Part shown: in pieces, positions 17,870 through 27,927 of the stretch | Numbering within the stretch: position 1 is the stretch's first letter | Layout of the letters: each line of letters starts with the position of its first letter | NCBI GenBank assembly: GCA_030156535.1 | Contig: JASGMJ010000009.1 | Location: forward strand, 74,643-138,642 | DNA: 64,000 bases | From: Candidatus Sumerlaeota bacterium | GTDB taxonomy: Bacteria; Sumerlaeota; Sumerlaeia; SLMS01; JAHLLQ01 | Reading direction: 5' to 3' | Notes under the pieces: generated by a model | Database searches by the model: none | Seen by the model: the letters and a program-made list of their open reading frames with translations, nothing else | What the model was told of the DNA's origin: nothing | Translations under genes and position numbers: made by a program

Positions 17870-19440
17870 CCGGCGCGCCTCCGGGCAACGGTTACGCTGA
17901 TCCCGCCAACCAGAATGCCAAGCCCGATCAGAAGCAGCGTTCCGATCATCGCCCAGAAGCGCTGCTGCGTCATCACGAAGGAGGAAGGCGGCAGAATCTT
18001 CGGCGGAATGGCGAGCAGATCATCGCGCTGCACCAGCCAGTTCATCGTCTGGAGCGTGAGCACCAGCGGGTCCTTGGCGAGGAGAGAGTCGTTCGTCAGG
18101 AAATCGGAATCGCCGAAGACGACAACGCGTGCGGCGGCGCGGCGCGGCGCCCCGGGCGTCGGCCACGACGAAGCAACGGCAACGGGTTGCGCATGAATCT
18201 CGGCGGAATCCTCGGGCTGCTGGGGGCGGCCCCGGCGCAGAAACGCCCCGGGATCCTCGCGCCACACACTCTGCATTGACTGAAGCAGCGTTTCCACGCG
18301 CGGCGCGTGTCCTTCGGCAAGCTCCGGCGCGGGATCCACGGGACGCGCCATGAACAGCTTGATCTGCGGGGACTCGACGCTCGTCACAATCGGATGGGAA
18401 CTGCCCCGCTCCGTCAGGATGTGGCGGAAGTCGCGCTGGCCGTACTTGTCGATCAGCACCTCGTTTGGCATCGCAATTCCCGCGTGGGCGAGCACAGCCG
18501 CGAGGTTGGCGAGATCCTCGCCCACGAACGTGGGGTCGAGCAGGACAAGCAGCGAGCCGCCCTCGTCCAGATACTCGATCAGCATCTCGCGTTCCATGTC
18601 GAACAGATCGACCGCCGGACCCATGATCGCAATCGCGGCGGCGTCCTCCGGCACGCGGCTCGCCTGCCTCAGCACCAGTGGCTTTGCCTGCATGATGCGC
18701 TGCTCGGTCAACTCGCGGAACACCTGAATGCTATCATCGCGCTGGGCAGACTCGTCCTTCTCGAACGGCCGCTCCTTGTGTCCCGCAAGGAAGTAAATCT
18801 GCTTCGTTCCTCCGCGGTCCACCTTCAGCAGCGCATTTGTCAGGACGCTCTCGCGATACTGATTGCGTGCCGACAACGCAAAACGTTCGCGGCGTTTCTC
18901 CACGCCGTTCTCGGAAGTCACGGCATACGTGTCGCCGGGATAGACGTAGTCGTCGAATCGCCGCGCGACGCTGATATCCGTTTCCGGATTGTAGATTTCA
19001 AAGGAGAGCTTGTCCGTTTCGCGTTCGTACTGGGCAAAGAAGCGGCGCAGGGATTCGTGGTCGCGCGGTTCGGCAAACGTCGTCACGCGAATCGGCGTTT
19101 CGATCGAGCGCAGAAAGCCGACGGTTTGCTCCGACAGCGTGTGGATTCCGTCGCGCGTCAGGTCGATGCGCCGCGAATGATTCGCCGCCAGAAGATAAAC
19201 GAAGACCGCCGCCAAAAACACGAAGAAGCAGTACGCCAGCGACGCCACGGAATCGCGCACGGAACCACGATCCTGCCACAGCAAACCCGCCACGAGAACG
19301 CCAACACCACTCCCCCCCATCCCCAGCAGCCACGCGGGGAAATGCCCCAGCACGCTTCCCCAGATAAGCGTTCCCAGCAGCATCCCAAATCCAAGGACGG
19401 GCAGCAGGAACGCGCGAACGGTGGCGAGGCGGTTGCTCAT
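17866..19440 (-). CDS. GldG-family ABC transporter auxiliary protein
   Basis: IDLTRDGIHTLSEQT, IYFLAGHKE, YLDEGGSLLVLLDP, VVFGDSDF, NWL, C-terminal TM. Confidence 0.85.
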   Translation of the reverse strand: MSNRLATVRAFLLPVLGFGMLLGTLIWGSVLGHFPAWLLGMGGSGVGVLVAGLLWQDRGSVRDSVASLAYCFFVFLAAVFVYLLAANHSRRIDLTRDGIHTLSEQTVGFLRSIETPIRVTTFAEPRDHESLRRFFAQYERETDKLSFEIYNPETDISVARRFDDYVYPGDTYAVTSENGVEKRRERFALSARNQYRESVLTNALLKVDRGGTKQIYFLAGHKERPFEKDESAQRDDSIQVFRELTEQRIMQAKPLVLRQASRVPEDAAAIAIMGPAVDLFDMEREMLIEYLDEGGSLLVLLDPTFVGEDLANLAAVLAHAGIAMPNEVLIDKYGQRDFRHILTERGSSHPIVTSVESPQIKLFMARPVDPAPELAEGHAPRVETLLQSMQSVWREDPGAFLRRGRPQQPEDSAEIHAQPVAVASSWPTPGAPRRAAARVVVFGDSDFLTNDSLLAKDPLVLTLQTMNWLVQRDDLLAIPPKILPPSSFVMTQQRFWAMIGTLLLIGLGILVGGISVTVARRRAG

Positions 19441-20213
19441 CAACTTCTCCACCTCAGTGATTCAATCTGGCGGACGGCGAAGAAAAGAAAGACGAAGGAG
19501 AAGACCACGAAGTAAGCCGCGTCAACGAGCGCCACGTTGCCTTCGAGAAAGCCCTTCACATGCGCCATCAGCGTCAGGTGTTCCGACAGCCGCAGGAGTC
19601 CCTCGATTCCGAATGCGTCCGCCACACCCGCAAAAATCAGCATCACGAACAGCGCCACATACGTCAACACCGCCGCGATCACCTGCGAATCCGTCAGACT
19701 CGAAAAAAACATCCCCAGTGCCACATAGCCACACGATGCCAAGGCAAGCGCCACATAGCACGAGCCAATCACCGGCCACTGCGGATCGCTCAGGTACTCG
19801 GTCATCAGCGGGAAGACGAGCGTCACGCCCAGGTAGACGAGCATCGCGCCCGCATTGGCGATGAACTTGCCCGCGACGATGGCCCACTCGCTGGCCGGCG
19901 TCGTTTGCAGCAGCGCGAGCGAATTCTGCCGCCGCTCCTCCGCGAACGCCCGCATCGTCAGCATCGGAACCTGCACCATCAGGAAGAAGTGCAGAATGTA
20001 AAACAAGTCGTGAATCACGGCGATCGTCACGTCCGCCTTGATGTTGTTCTCTTCGCGCAGCGTTGGATCGCTGAAGCCGATGATGAGGCTGATGTAGACA
20101 AGTGCGGCTGCGAGAAAGAAAACGCCCGTGAGCACCCAGAACATCGGGGTCCCCAGAAGAAGGCGGAACTCGCGCCAGGCAATCAGCCGTGTATGGCGAA
20201 GGAAGGATTTCAC
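19440..20213 (-). CDS. ABC-2 permease (GldF-like)
   Basis: IAWREF, PMLTMRAFAEERRQ, LLQTTP, AGKF, SSLTDSQVIAA; about six TM segments. Confidence 0.88.
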   Translation of the reverse strand: MKSFLRHTRLIAWREFRLLLGTPMFWVLTGVFFLAAALVYISLIIGFSDPTLREENNIKADVTIAVIHDLFYILHFFLMVQVPMLTMRAFAEERRQNSLALLQTTPASEWAIVAGKFIANAGAMLVYLGVTLVFPLMTEYLSDPQWPVIGSCYVALALASCGYVALGMFFSSLTDSQVIAAVLTYVALFVMLIFAGVADAFGIEGLLRLSEHLTLMAHVKGFLEGNVALVDAAYFVVFSFVFLFFAVRQIESLRWRS

Positions 20214-21196
20214 GCCGGTCGCTCCACTCCGGACGCCGTCGCGTGCAGGAAGATGTCCTCCAGCGTCGCGCGGTCCTCGGTCAGCTCGATCAGCTCCCAG
20301 CCCTCTTCGACGATTCGGCGGGCAATGGCGGCGCGCTTGTCCTCCGTCCCCGATTCCACGGCCACCGCCACGCGCAGCATCGCGTCCACGGTGCTGACTT
20401 CGATGGCCTCTGGCGGGAAACCACCCGCGCTCGCGACGGCGGAGCGGACGCCGTTCTCTTCCCCTCCGCGCACGCGCAGCACCAGGCGCCGTCCGCGCAC
20501 ACGATCGCCAATCGTTTCAACGGGGCCCTCGGCAACAAGACGCCCGTCCTTGATAATCACCACACAAGAGCACGTCATCGAAACGTTCGACAGAATATGC
20601 GTGGACAGAATCACCGTCCGTTCGCCTCGCATCGAACGGATCAGCTCGCAAACCTCGGCAATCTGCTTGGGGTCGAGTCCCACGGTTGGCTCGTCGAGCA
20701 CCAGCAGGGCCGGATCGCCCAGCAGCGCCTGCGCAATCCCCACGCGCTGGCGGTTGCCCTTCGAGAGGTTGCCGATCAGCCGCCGCCGCACACCCAGCAG
20801 ATTCGTCTCGTCCAGCACACGGTCGATCTCGCGCTTCATGTGCGTGGCGGGCAGGTCCTTCAGCCCGGCCATCATCTTCAGATACTCTTCGACGCGCATC
20901 TCGGGGTAGACGGGCGAGTCTTCGGGCAGATAGCCGAGCAGGCGCCGGATTTTCAGGTGCTCCGTTGCGACATCGAATCCCGCAACGCGTGCCGACCCCG
21001 AAGTCGCCCGCGTCTGTCCCGTCAGGATGCGCATGGCCGTGGTCTTGCCCGCCCCATTGGGACCGAGCAGGCCAAGGACCTCCCCCTCAGGCACGCTGAA
21101 CGTCAGCCCGTCGAGAGAGCGCGTTGCCCCATAGAATTTTGAGAGATTACGGACGTCGATCATGGGTTCCGATTGCCGGGCCGCAATGTGGGACAA
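20210..21196 (-). CDS. ABC transporter ATP-binding protein (GldA-like)
   Basis: GPNGAGKTT, LSKGNRQRVGIAQA, LDEPTVGLDP, STHIL, LEDIF. Confidence 0.93.
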   Translation of the reverse strand: MSHIAARQSEPMIDVRNLSKFYGATRSLDGLTFSVPEGEVLGLLGPNGAGKTTAMRILTGQTRATSGSARVAGFDVATEHLKIRRLLGYLPEDSPVYPEMRVEEYLKMMAGLKDLPATHMKREIDRVLDETNLLGVRRRLIGNLSKGNRQRVGIAQALLGDPALLVLDEPTVGLDPKQIAEVCELIRSMRGERTVILSTHILSNVSMTCSCVVIIKDGRLVAEGPVETIGDRVRGRRLVLRVRGGEENGVRSAVASAGGFPPEAIEVSTVDAMLRVAVAVESGTEDKRAAIARRIVEEGWELIELTEDRATLEDIFLHATASGVERPA

Positions 21197-21208
21197 GCGC
21201 GGCCGGGG

Positions 21209-22045
21209 TTACGCACGGCGGATGATTTCCTCGACCAGGCGGCAGAACGCATCGCCCACCTGTTTGCCGGTTTCGATGACTTCCTCGTGCGTCGTCACGG
21301 CGAGCTTGCGTTGAACGTGGGAATTCGTAATCGCCGAAATCGCCAGCACCCGCGCGCCTGCGTGGGCTGCGGCCAGCGTCTCGGGCACCGTTGACATTCC
21401 AACGGCGTCGGCGAACTGCTTGTACATACCGACTTCGGCCTGGGTCTCGTACGTCGGCCCGGTCAGCGCCACGTACACGCCTTCCTTCAACGAGACGCCG
21501 AGATCAAGCGCCGCCTGCCGGGCAAGGTCGCACAGGCCCGGGTCGTAGGGCGCCGACACGTCGGGGAACCTCGGCCCCATCTCGCTCAGGTTGGGGCCTT
21601 CGAGGGGAGCGCGAAACTGGAAGTTGATGTGGTCCGTGATGAGCATCAGGTCGCCCGGCAGAATGAACCGGTTCATCGAGCCCGCCGCGTTGCTCAGCAG
21701 CACCGTCTTCACTCCCGCCCTCAGCAGTGCGCGCAGCGGCACGATGGTCTGGCGCACGTCCACGCCCTCGTACACATGTTTGCGTCCGCTCATCACGACG
21801 GCCGGCTTGCCGCCCAGCTTGCCCCAGACCAGTTTGCCCGCATGTCCGACCACCGTGCTCTGCGGGAAGTGCTTCAGCTCCTCGTAGGAAACCGACTGCG
21901 CGTCCTGCACTTTGGCGGTCAGGCCGCCGAGTCCGCTTCCCGCGACAACGAGCACTTCCGGCACGGTCCCAATCCGGGCGCGCAGAGTCTCGGCGGCTTC
22001 ATCGATCAGGGCCTGGTGTTCCGTTGCGTTGTCGAAGACGGACAT
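21209..22045 (-). CDS. punA: Purine-nucleoside phosphorylase (trimeric type)
   Basis: GSGLG, STVVGHAG, GRKHVYEG, NAAG, DHIN, GPRFPD, GPTYET, AVGMSTVPE. Confidence 0.93.
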   Translation of the reverse strand: MSVFDNATEHQALIDEAAETLRARIGTVPEVLVVAGSGLGGLTAKVQDAQSVSYEELKHFPQSTVVGHAGKLVWGKLGGKPAVVMSGRKHVYEGVDVRQTIVPLRALLRAGVKTVLLSNAAGSMNRFILPGDLMLITDHINFQFRAPLEGPNLSEMGPRFPDVSAPYDPGLCDLARQAALDLGVSLKEGVYVALTGPTYETQAEVGMYKQFADAVGMSTVPETLAAAHAGARVLAISAITNSHVQRKLAVTTHEEVIETGKQVGDAFCRLVEEIIRRA

Positions 22046-22060
22046 GCGGCTTTCCCTTCC

Positions 22061-22780
22061 TTACATTTTCTGGAGCTTGCCGCGCAGGCGCCAAAGCGTC
22101 GCAAAAGCCTTGGCAATTTCGCGCGACGAAATCTTCGACTCGCCCGCCCGCCGATCGTAAAACACGATGGGAATTTCCCGGACGCGGGCCCCGCGGCGCT
22201 GGCAGATCGCCAGCAGTTCCATCAGGCAACTGTATCCATGCGAACGGATGCCAGCGAAATCGAGTTGCCGCAGCAGCTTCGTGCGGTAGCAGCGATAGCC
22301 GCTCGTGCAGTCCCGCGCGTTCAGATCGAGAATCAGGCGCGCCAGCGTGTTGGCCCCCCAGCTCAGAACATAGCGGTGCGGTCCCCAATTGCGGATGCCG
22401 CCTCCGGCAATATAACGCGACCCAATGACCACGTCTGCCAGTTTGGCCATGTGTAACATTTCGTACATGTGTTTGGGGCTGTGTGAGAGGTCAGCGTCCA
22501 TGGTCAGAGCGAAACGGTAGTCGCGGGCGAGGGCGAACTCGAAGCCCGCTAGATAGGCCGTGCCGAGGCCCAGCTTGCCGGGACGTTCGAGCAGGTGCAC
22601 CCGGCCCGGGTACTGCTCCATCTTCTCACGCACCAGTGCGGCAGTTCCATCCTGGGAAGAATCGTCGACGACGAGAATATCAACGGGGGCCGGTTGCTCG
22701 ATCAGCCCGTCGATGAGAACACCGATGTTCTCGACTTCGTTGTAGGTGGGGACGATTGCCAAGGCTTTTGGGGACGCCAT
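22061..22780 (-). CDS. Polyprenol-monophosphomannose synthase (Dpm1-like GT2)
   Basis: IVPTYNE, VDDSSQDGT, GKLGLGTAY, MDADLSH, GSRY, DCTSGYRCY, PIVFYDRRAGESK. Confidence 0.9.
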   Translation of the reverse strand: MASPKALAIVPTYNEVENIGVLIDGLIEQPAPVDILVVDDSSQDGTAALVREKMEQYPGRVHLLERPGKLGLGTAYLAGFEFALARDYRFALTMDADLSHSPKHMYEMLHMAKLADVVIGSRYIAGGGIRNWGPHRYVLSWGANTLARLILDLNARDCTSGYRCYRTKLLRQLDFAGIRSHGYSCLMELLAICQRRGARVREIPIVFYDRRAGESKISSREIAKAFATLWRLRGKLQKM

Positions 22781-22811
22781 GAGTGCCTGCCAGTGGCGGA
22801 GTTGGGCTCGG

Positions 22812-22858
22812 GAAAGAAGACTGGCCGCGAAACCCCCGAAATCACGGGTTCCGCGGCC
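22812..22858 (-). terminator. Possible intrinsic terminator downstream of gspG
   Basis: Minus strand ggccgcggaaccc...gggtttcgcggcc stem followed by agtcttctttc. Confidence 0.45.
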
Positions 22859-22964
22859 CAAGGTGTCAAACGGAGAGGCTCCCCTCTCTTATGCCACGAA
22901 TACGCTGCCGAGCAGACGGGGATGCCCCATGCAAACCACGAATCACGAAAGACGAACCGCGCCC

Positions 22965-23393
22965 CTAGTCGTCTTTCCAGTTCTTGATGTCGTCTTCCGT
23001 GCCTTCCTTGCCATCCGGCCCATTGCTCCACAGATCGTAATCCGTGTGGTTATCGCCGGGCGAAGTGTAGTTCAGTGGCCTCTTCCAAGCGTCTGAAGGC
23101 TTCTCGTCCAGATACGGTCCATCCCACATTTCCTCGTCCACGTCGTTGGGCTTTTCAATCAGGGCTTCGAGTCCCTGGTTTGTTGTCGGAAACGCGCCGA
23201 CGTGCATCTCGTACATTTTCAGGGCAACGCCCACGTTGCGAATCTGTGCCTCGGTGGCTTTGATGCGAGCCTTCTGGGACTGACCGGTCAGTTTCGGGAC
23301 GGCAATTGCCAGCAGAACGCCGATAATCACGACGACGAACATGATCTCCAGGAAGGTAAAGCCGCGTTGTGCTCTTGTCGGGCGAATCATCAT
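22965..23393 (-). CDS. gspG: Type II secretion major pseudopilin GspG
   Basis: Prepilin site RG|FTFLEIM, FPTTNQGLEAL, WDGPYL, DAWKRP, DLWSNGPDG..GTEDDI; RBS GAGG. Confidence 0.92.
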   Translation of the reverse strand: MMIRPTRAQRGFTFLEIMFVVVIIGVLLAIAVPKLTGQSQKARIKATEAQIRNVGVALKMYEMHVGAFPTTNQGLEALIEKPNDVDEEMWDGPYLDEKPSDAWKRPLNYTSPGDNHTDYDLWSNGPDGKEGTEDDIKNWKDD

Positions 23394-23466
23394 GATATCT
23401 CGTTCCTCTCCGAACTCGTAATGGGTGTTGTTGGCCCACGCTGGCGCAGGCCGTCAAGCGGACTGG

Positions 23467-23712
23467 TCACAGAACCCGTGGGGTTGTAGCCGGCTGATTC
23501 GTGCTCGTTGCGGCTGCTTCCACGAACTCTGTCGTTTGTGGCTCTTCGCTGGTGCCCGAAGGGCGAACCATGGCCTCGAAGAGCGGATCGGTCTCCACGC
23601 GCAAGGCTCTTTGCGGGGTGCTGACCCGGCTCAACACGGTTGCCAGAACGATCAGCACGGCAAGGATGGGGAGCACGCTGTTCACGATCTTGAGTTGTTG
23701 CGGACGATTCAT
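23467..23712 (-). CDS. Small single-TM hypothetical protein
   Basis: 81 aa, hydrophobic VLPILAVLIVLATVL, AAGAGG upstream, fills the dnaA-gspG gap. Confidence 0.55.
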   Translation of the reverse strand: MNRPQQLKIVNSVLPILAVLIVLATVLSRVSTPQRALRVETDPLFEAMVRPSGTSEEPQTTEFVEAAATSTNQPATTPRVL

Positions 23713-23841
23713 TCGTGTTGCCTCTTGCTGGGAGCTGAATCTTGGAGCCCGGTCGCCTGCTTCGTGTTCCCCGGAAAAGCAGAATCCCGGGCCTCTCGAC
23801 CCGGGAAGTGCAAAAGCCAGTCCAGTTTTTCCAACGGCGCG

Positions 23842-25266
23842 TTATTGGTCGCCGCCCTGCTGGATTTGCTTTGTCAGGTAGTTGACGATGCTCGCCATGC
23901 TGGGGTCCTCGTCGACGGCCTTCTTGATCTTGCGATAGGCGTAAATGACCGAGGTGTGGTCCTTGCCGCCGAACTTCTGGGCGATGTCGGGGAAACTCAG
24001 GTCGGTCATCTCGCGGCAGAGAAAGAGCGCCAAATGCCGCGGCTGGCTGAATTTCTTCGATCTATTGCGGCCCAGCAGCTGCTGCGAGGTGATCTCGAAG
24101 TACTCGCAGACCGCCGTTTGGATTCCTTCGACGGTGACGCGGGTCTGGGGCTGGCCGACGACCAGATGGCTCAGGACTTCGCGGCACGCTTCCATTGTGA
24201 TGGGGCAGTTGTGCAGGCTGGAATAAACCTTGATGCGTTTGAGCGCACCTTCCAGTTCGCGGATGTTCGACCGCACCCATTCGGCAATGAACTGCAGAAC
24301 CTCGGTGGGCACCTTGATGTTCTCAAGACGCGCTTTGTGCCGTAGAATCGCGATCCGCGTTTCGAGGTCCGGCGGTGCAATGTCCGCGATCACGCCCCAC
24401 TCGAAGCGCGAACGCAACCTGTCCTCCAGCGTCGCTAGTTCCTTGGGCTGGCGGTCGCTCGTCAGCACGATCTTCTTCCCCGCGTCGAACAGCGAGTTGA
24501 ACGTGTGGAAGACCTCGTGCTGGGTGCGCTCCTTGCCCATCAGGAACTGAACGTCATCGAGGAGCAGCAGGTCCACGCTGCGGTATTGATTGCGGAATTC
24601 CAGGGTTTTCTTGAGCTGGATGCTCTCGATGAACCCATTGATGAACTGCTCGGACGTGATGTAAACGACGTTGGCACCGGGAAAGCGGCGATAGAAGTCG
24701 TGCCCGATGGCCTGCATCAGGTGCGTCTTGCCGAGCCCGGAAGGACCATAGATGAAGAGCGGGTTGAAGGCCTGCGACTTGGGATCCGCGACGGCCTGTG
24801 CGGCAGCGTGAGCATAGCGGTTGCTCTCGCCGACGACGAAGTCCTGGAAGGTGTAGCGCGGGCTGAGCCGCGGCCCGGCCGGCGAAGCCTTCGGCGCAAA
24901 GTCGAAACGCGCTCCGCGGGTCTGGAGGTCGAAAGCGGGAGCCGAGCGGGAAGGATGCGACGTGCCGTTGGCGCTCGCATCGCCGGTCTCGGGTGCTCCT
25001 TGGGTGTCGCGCTGGCGAACCACCATCTGGACCGAAACATCGGCCCCATTGGACTCAATCAACGCAGCCCGGATGGTGTCCAGGTACTTGCGCACGATCC
25101 AGTTGTGGTAGAACTCGCTCGAAACAGAAAGGGTAACAGCCCCCGCCTCTTCATCGAAGGACTCGATGGCGATCGGCGAAATCCAGGCGTTATATTCTTC
25201 CTGACCCAGGCTGCCCCGCAGGTTTTCGAGCGCGCGTTCCCATGTATCCTGCATCAAGCGGGTCAT
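23842..25266 (-). CDS. dnaA: Chromosomal replication initiator DnaA
   Basis: YTFQDFVVGESN, FNPLFIYGPSGLGKTHL, LLLDDVQF, RLRSRFEWG, SNIRELEGAL, FGGKDHTSV. Confidence 0.97.
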   Translation of the reverse strand: MTRLMQDTWERALENLRGSLGQEEYNAWISPIAIESFDEEAGAVTLSVSSEFYHNWIVRKYLDTIRAALIESNGADVSVQMVVRQRDTQGAPETGDASANGTSHPSRSAPAFDLQTRGARFDFAPKASPAGPRLSPRYTFQDFVVGESNRYAHAAAQAVADPKSQAFNPLFIYGPSGLGKTHLMQAIGHDFYRRFPGANVVYITSEQFINGFIESIQLKKTLEFRNQYRSVDLLLLDDVQFLMGKERTQHEVFHTFNSLFDAGKKIVLTSDRQPKELATLEDRLRSRFEWGVIADIAPPDLETRIAILRHKARLENIKVPTEVLQFIAEWVRSNIRELEGALKRIKVYSSLHNCPITMEACREVLSHLVVGQPQTRVTVEGIQTAVCEYFEITSQQLLGRNRSKKFSQPRHLALFLCREMTDLSFPDIAQKFGGKDHTSVIYAYRKIKKAVDEDPSMASIVNYLTKQIQQGGDQ

Positions 25267-25572
25267 ACGATCATGTTCCGTTTGTTGCTTTTTAATCGGA
25301 ATCTGTCCCCGACAGGTCGTGAGAGGTAGCAAAGCCCCACGAGGGCCTTCAAGGCTTTTCTCCAGAGCGGGAGAATCGGGGATAAGTGACTCAAGTTCTA
25401 TATTATCAGTCATCTGTGCTTTGGTTTCAGTGCCTCGTGGCCGTTTGCGCATCGCGCGCTGGCCGTGGAAGTCGTTTCGTTTCAAACGTTCGCCTAACAC
25501 TTTCCGATGGCGGCGGGAAAATCGCTCCGTCCCCATCGGCCAGGCCGTCACGAGTTGTGGCGGGTGAGATTA

Positions 25573-27057
25573 CTACGAAAATGTTGGAACGGCGTTTTTC
25601 TCGATTAATTCGGCGGCCCGCCGCATCCGCGCAGCGGACTCCTGCTGGCCGACGCCGATCAGGACGTCGAACAACCCGGGGCTCGCCATCGTTCCCGTCA
25701 CGGAGAGGCGCACGGGCTGGGCGATCTTTCCGAATCCCACTCCCCGCTCCTCGGCCAGAGCACGCAGGGCCGCCTCCAGAGTGGCGGCGTCGAAAGGCGA
25801 AAGGCCCTCGATCACGGCGGCAGCTTCCCGAAGCAGGGGAGCCGCGTCACCCTTGAAGATCTTCTTCACGCCCTTTTCCTCGAAGGCCTCGGGGGCCTTG
25901 AAAAAGTAGGATACGGCGGCAGGAAATTCCGTCAGCAACCGGCAGCGCTCAATCACGTGGCCGATGATCGTGTCGATCCATTGGGCATCGTGCTCGGCGG
26001 TCTTGTATCCCGCTTCGTCGAGCACCTTGCGCACGCGTGCCGTCACGTCCTCCCTCGGCAGGTTGCGCAAGTACCACGCGTTCATGTGCAGGTACTTGTC
26101 CTCGTCGAAGTTCGCGTTTGACTTGGAAAGTCCCTCCAGCGTGAAGGCCTCGATGAGTTCCTGGCGCGAGAAGAACTCGGCCTTGTCGTCGAGACTCCAG
26201 CCCAGCAGCGCGATGAAATTCATCGTGGCTTCCGGCAGGTACCCGCGGTCCCGGCGCGCGGAAACGGAGACCGGAAAACGCGGGTCCGCGTCTCCGTCCC
26301 TCTTGCTCATCTTCTTGCCCGCCTTCAGGATCAGCGGCAAATGCGTGTACGTCGGAATCGGCGCGCCCAGGGCATTGAGAACCATCATCTGGCGGGCGGT
26401 GTTCGTCAGGTGGTCCGAGCCGCGGATCACATGAGTGATCGACATGTCGGCGTCATCGACGGCACAGCAGAAATTGTAGAGTGGCAGGCCCCATTCGTCG
26501 TCCGTCCCCGAGCGGGTGAGCGCGAAATCGCCAAGCCGCGCGTTCTCGAAACGGCAGCCCTCCGCGTCGCCCAGCAGCGTTTCGGGAACGACGGTTTCGC
26601 CCTCCGGAACCTTGAAACGCCAGACGTAAGGGCGCTTCTCTTCAAGATAACGTTGAACTGTCGCCTCGTCCAGATTCAGGGAACGGCGGTCGTAGACCGG
26701 ATCACGTCCTTCCGCCATAGCGGTGGCGCGCATCTCCTCAAGTTCCTCGGGCGTCTCGAAGGCGCGGTAGGCGTGGCCGCTGGCGATCAGGCGCTTGAGG
26801 GCCGCCGTGTAGATGTCGGCGCGGCGGCTCTGAAAGAAGGGCCCCTCATCCCAGTCAATGCCCAGCCAGCGCAGGGAGTCGAGAATCTGTGCGATGGACT
26901 CATCGGTGCTGCGTTCGGCGTCGGTGTCCTCGATGCGCAGGATCATGACCCCGCCTTCGTTCTTGCGGGCCCAGAGCCAGTTATAGAGGGCCGTGCGGGC
27001 GCCGCCAACATGAAGAAAGCCGGTCGGCGAAGGGGCAAAACGGACGCGAACGGTCAC
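25573..27057 (-). CDS. gltX: Glutamate--tRNA ligase
   Basis: RFAPSPTGFLHVGGAR, LRIEDTD, HVIRGSDH, KMSKR, LLGWS, anticodon-binding domain. Confidence 0.95.
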   Translation of the reverse strand: MTVRVRFAPSPTGFLHVGGARTALYNWLWARKNEGGVMILRIEDTDAERSTDESIAQILDSLRWLGIDWDEGPFFQSRRADIYTAALKRLIASGHAYRAFETPEELEEMRATAMAEGRDPVYDRRSLNLDEATVQRYLEEKRPYVWRFKVPEGETVVPETLLGDAEGCRFENARLGDFALTRSGTDDEWGLPLYNFCCAVDDADMSITHVIRGSDHLTNTARQMMVLNALGAPIPTYTHLPLILKAGKKMSKRDGDADPRFPVSVSARRDRGYLPEATMNFIALLGWSLDDKAEFFSRQELIEAFTLEGLSKSNANFDEDKYLHMNAWYLRNLPREDVTARVRKVLDEAGYKTAEHDAQWIDTIIGHVIERCRLLTEFPAAVSYFFKAPEAFEEKGVKKIFKGDAAPLLREAAAVIEGLSPFDAATLEAALRALAEERGVGFGKIAQPVRLSVTGTMASPGLFDVLIGVGQQESAARMRRAAELIEKNAVPTFS

Positions 27058-27246
27058 GGATGCGTGTCTCCTGGAGAGGTTCCCGCCTCAGGCGGCAGCG
27101 CGGGGGCGCTTCTTGTGGACCAACGGGTTCCCGTGGGTCAAGGAGCCTGCATCTCAAATTAGCGTAAGGGGGCGTTTACCTGTTGTCGCCTGCGTCCCGG
27201 GGCGGCACTGTTGCGGAGAAGGTACTCCACAGCCGGACCTCTGCTC

Positions 27247-27831
27247 ATGGGACGCCCACCCCGCAAGAAAGCCATCATTGAACGTTCCGCCCTGGAACTC
27301 TTCGCCGAGCACGGCATCGACGGCACCAGCATCCGCATGATTGCCGAGAAGGCTGGCGTCACCGAAGGGGCTCTCTATCGCCACCATGCGAGCAAGGACG
27401 ACCTGGTCCGCTCGCTCTTCTTTCAGTACTTCGAGCGCATCGCCGAACTTCTCGCCCAGGCCCAGGAGTCGGGCGAGTCCGTTGACCAGAAGATTCGCGC
27501 GATGATCCGGGGATTCTTCACCTTCTACGACGACGATCCCAAGGGCTTCCGCTTTGTCCTGCTCGTCCAGCACGTCCTGCTCGAAAACGTTCGCGGCGAC
27601 ATGGAAAACCCGGTCGAAGTCATCATGGGCGTGCTCAAGAAGGCAGTCAAGAAAGGGGAAATCCCAAAGCAGGATGTTGCATTGAGCGCTCAGATTCTGC
27701 TGGGTATTGTCATGCAGACGGCGATTGGGCACCGGTACAAACGCGTTCAGGGGCCATTGGTCCAGCACTCCACCGTCATCGCGGACGCCTGCCTGCGTGT
27801 CCTGCAGTTTCGCGGTTCAGGAGAATCGTAA
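27247..27831 (+). CDS. TetR/AcrR family transcriptional regulator
   Basis: ALELFAEHGIDGTSIRMIAEKAGVTEGALYRHHASKDDL HTH. Confidence 0.92.
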   Translation: MGRPPRKKAIIERSALELFAEHGIDGTSIRMIAEKAGVTEGALYRHHASKDDLVRSLFFQYFERIAELLAQAQESGESVDQKIRAMIRGFFTFYDDDPKGFRFVLLVQHVLLENVRGDMENPVEVIMGVLKKAVKKGEIPKQDVALSAQILLGIVMQTAIGHRYKRVQGPLVQHSTVIADACLRVLQFRGSGES

Positions 27832-27927
27832 TACACTGATTTGAAGAGTTTTCTGTTTCTGTTGTTCAACTCGTTTCGCGCGCCTGGCTGCCGCGCTCCA
27901 TCCGTACCTCGACAGGCAGTGTAAGCA

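Noticed and set aside
22870-22964. c-di-GMP riboswitch-like GCAAACC...GAAAG words
   Set aside because: Wrong orientation for the neighbouring genes, and the second GCAAA/P2 stem is missing
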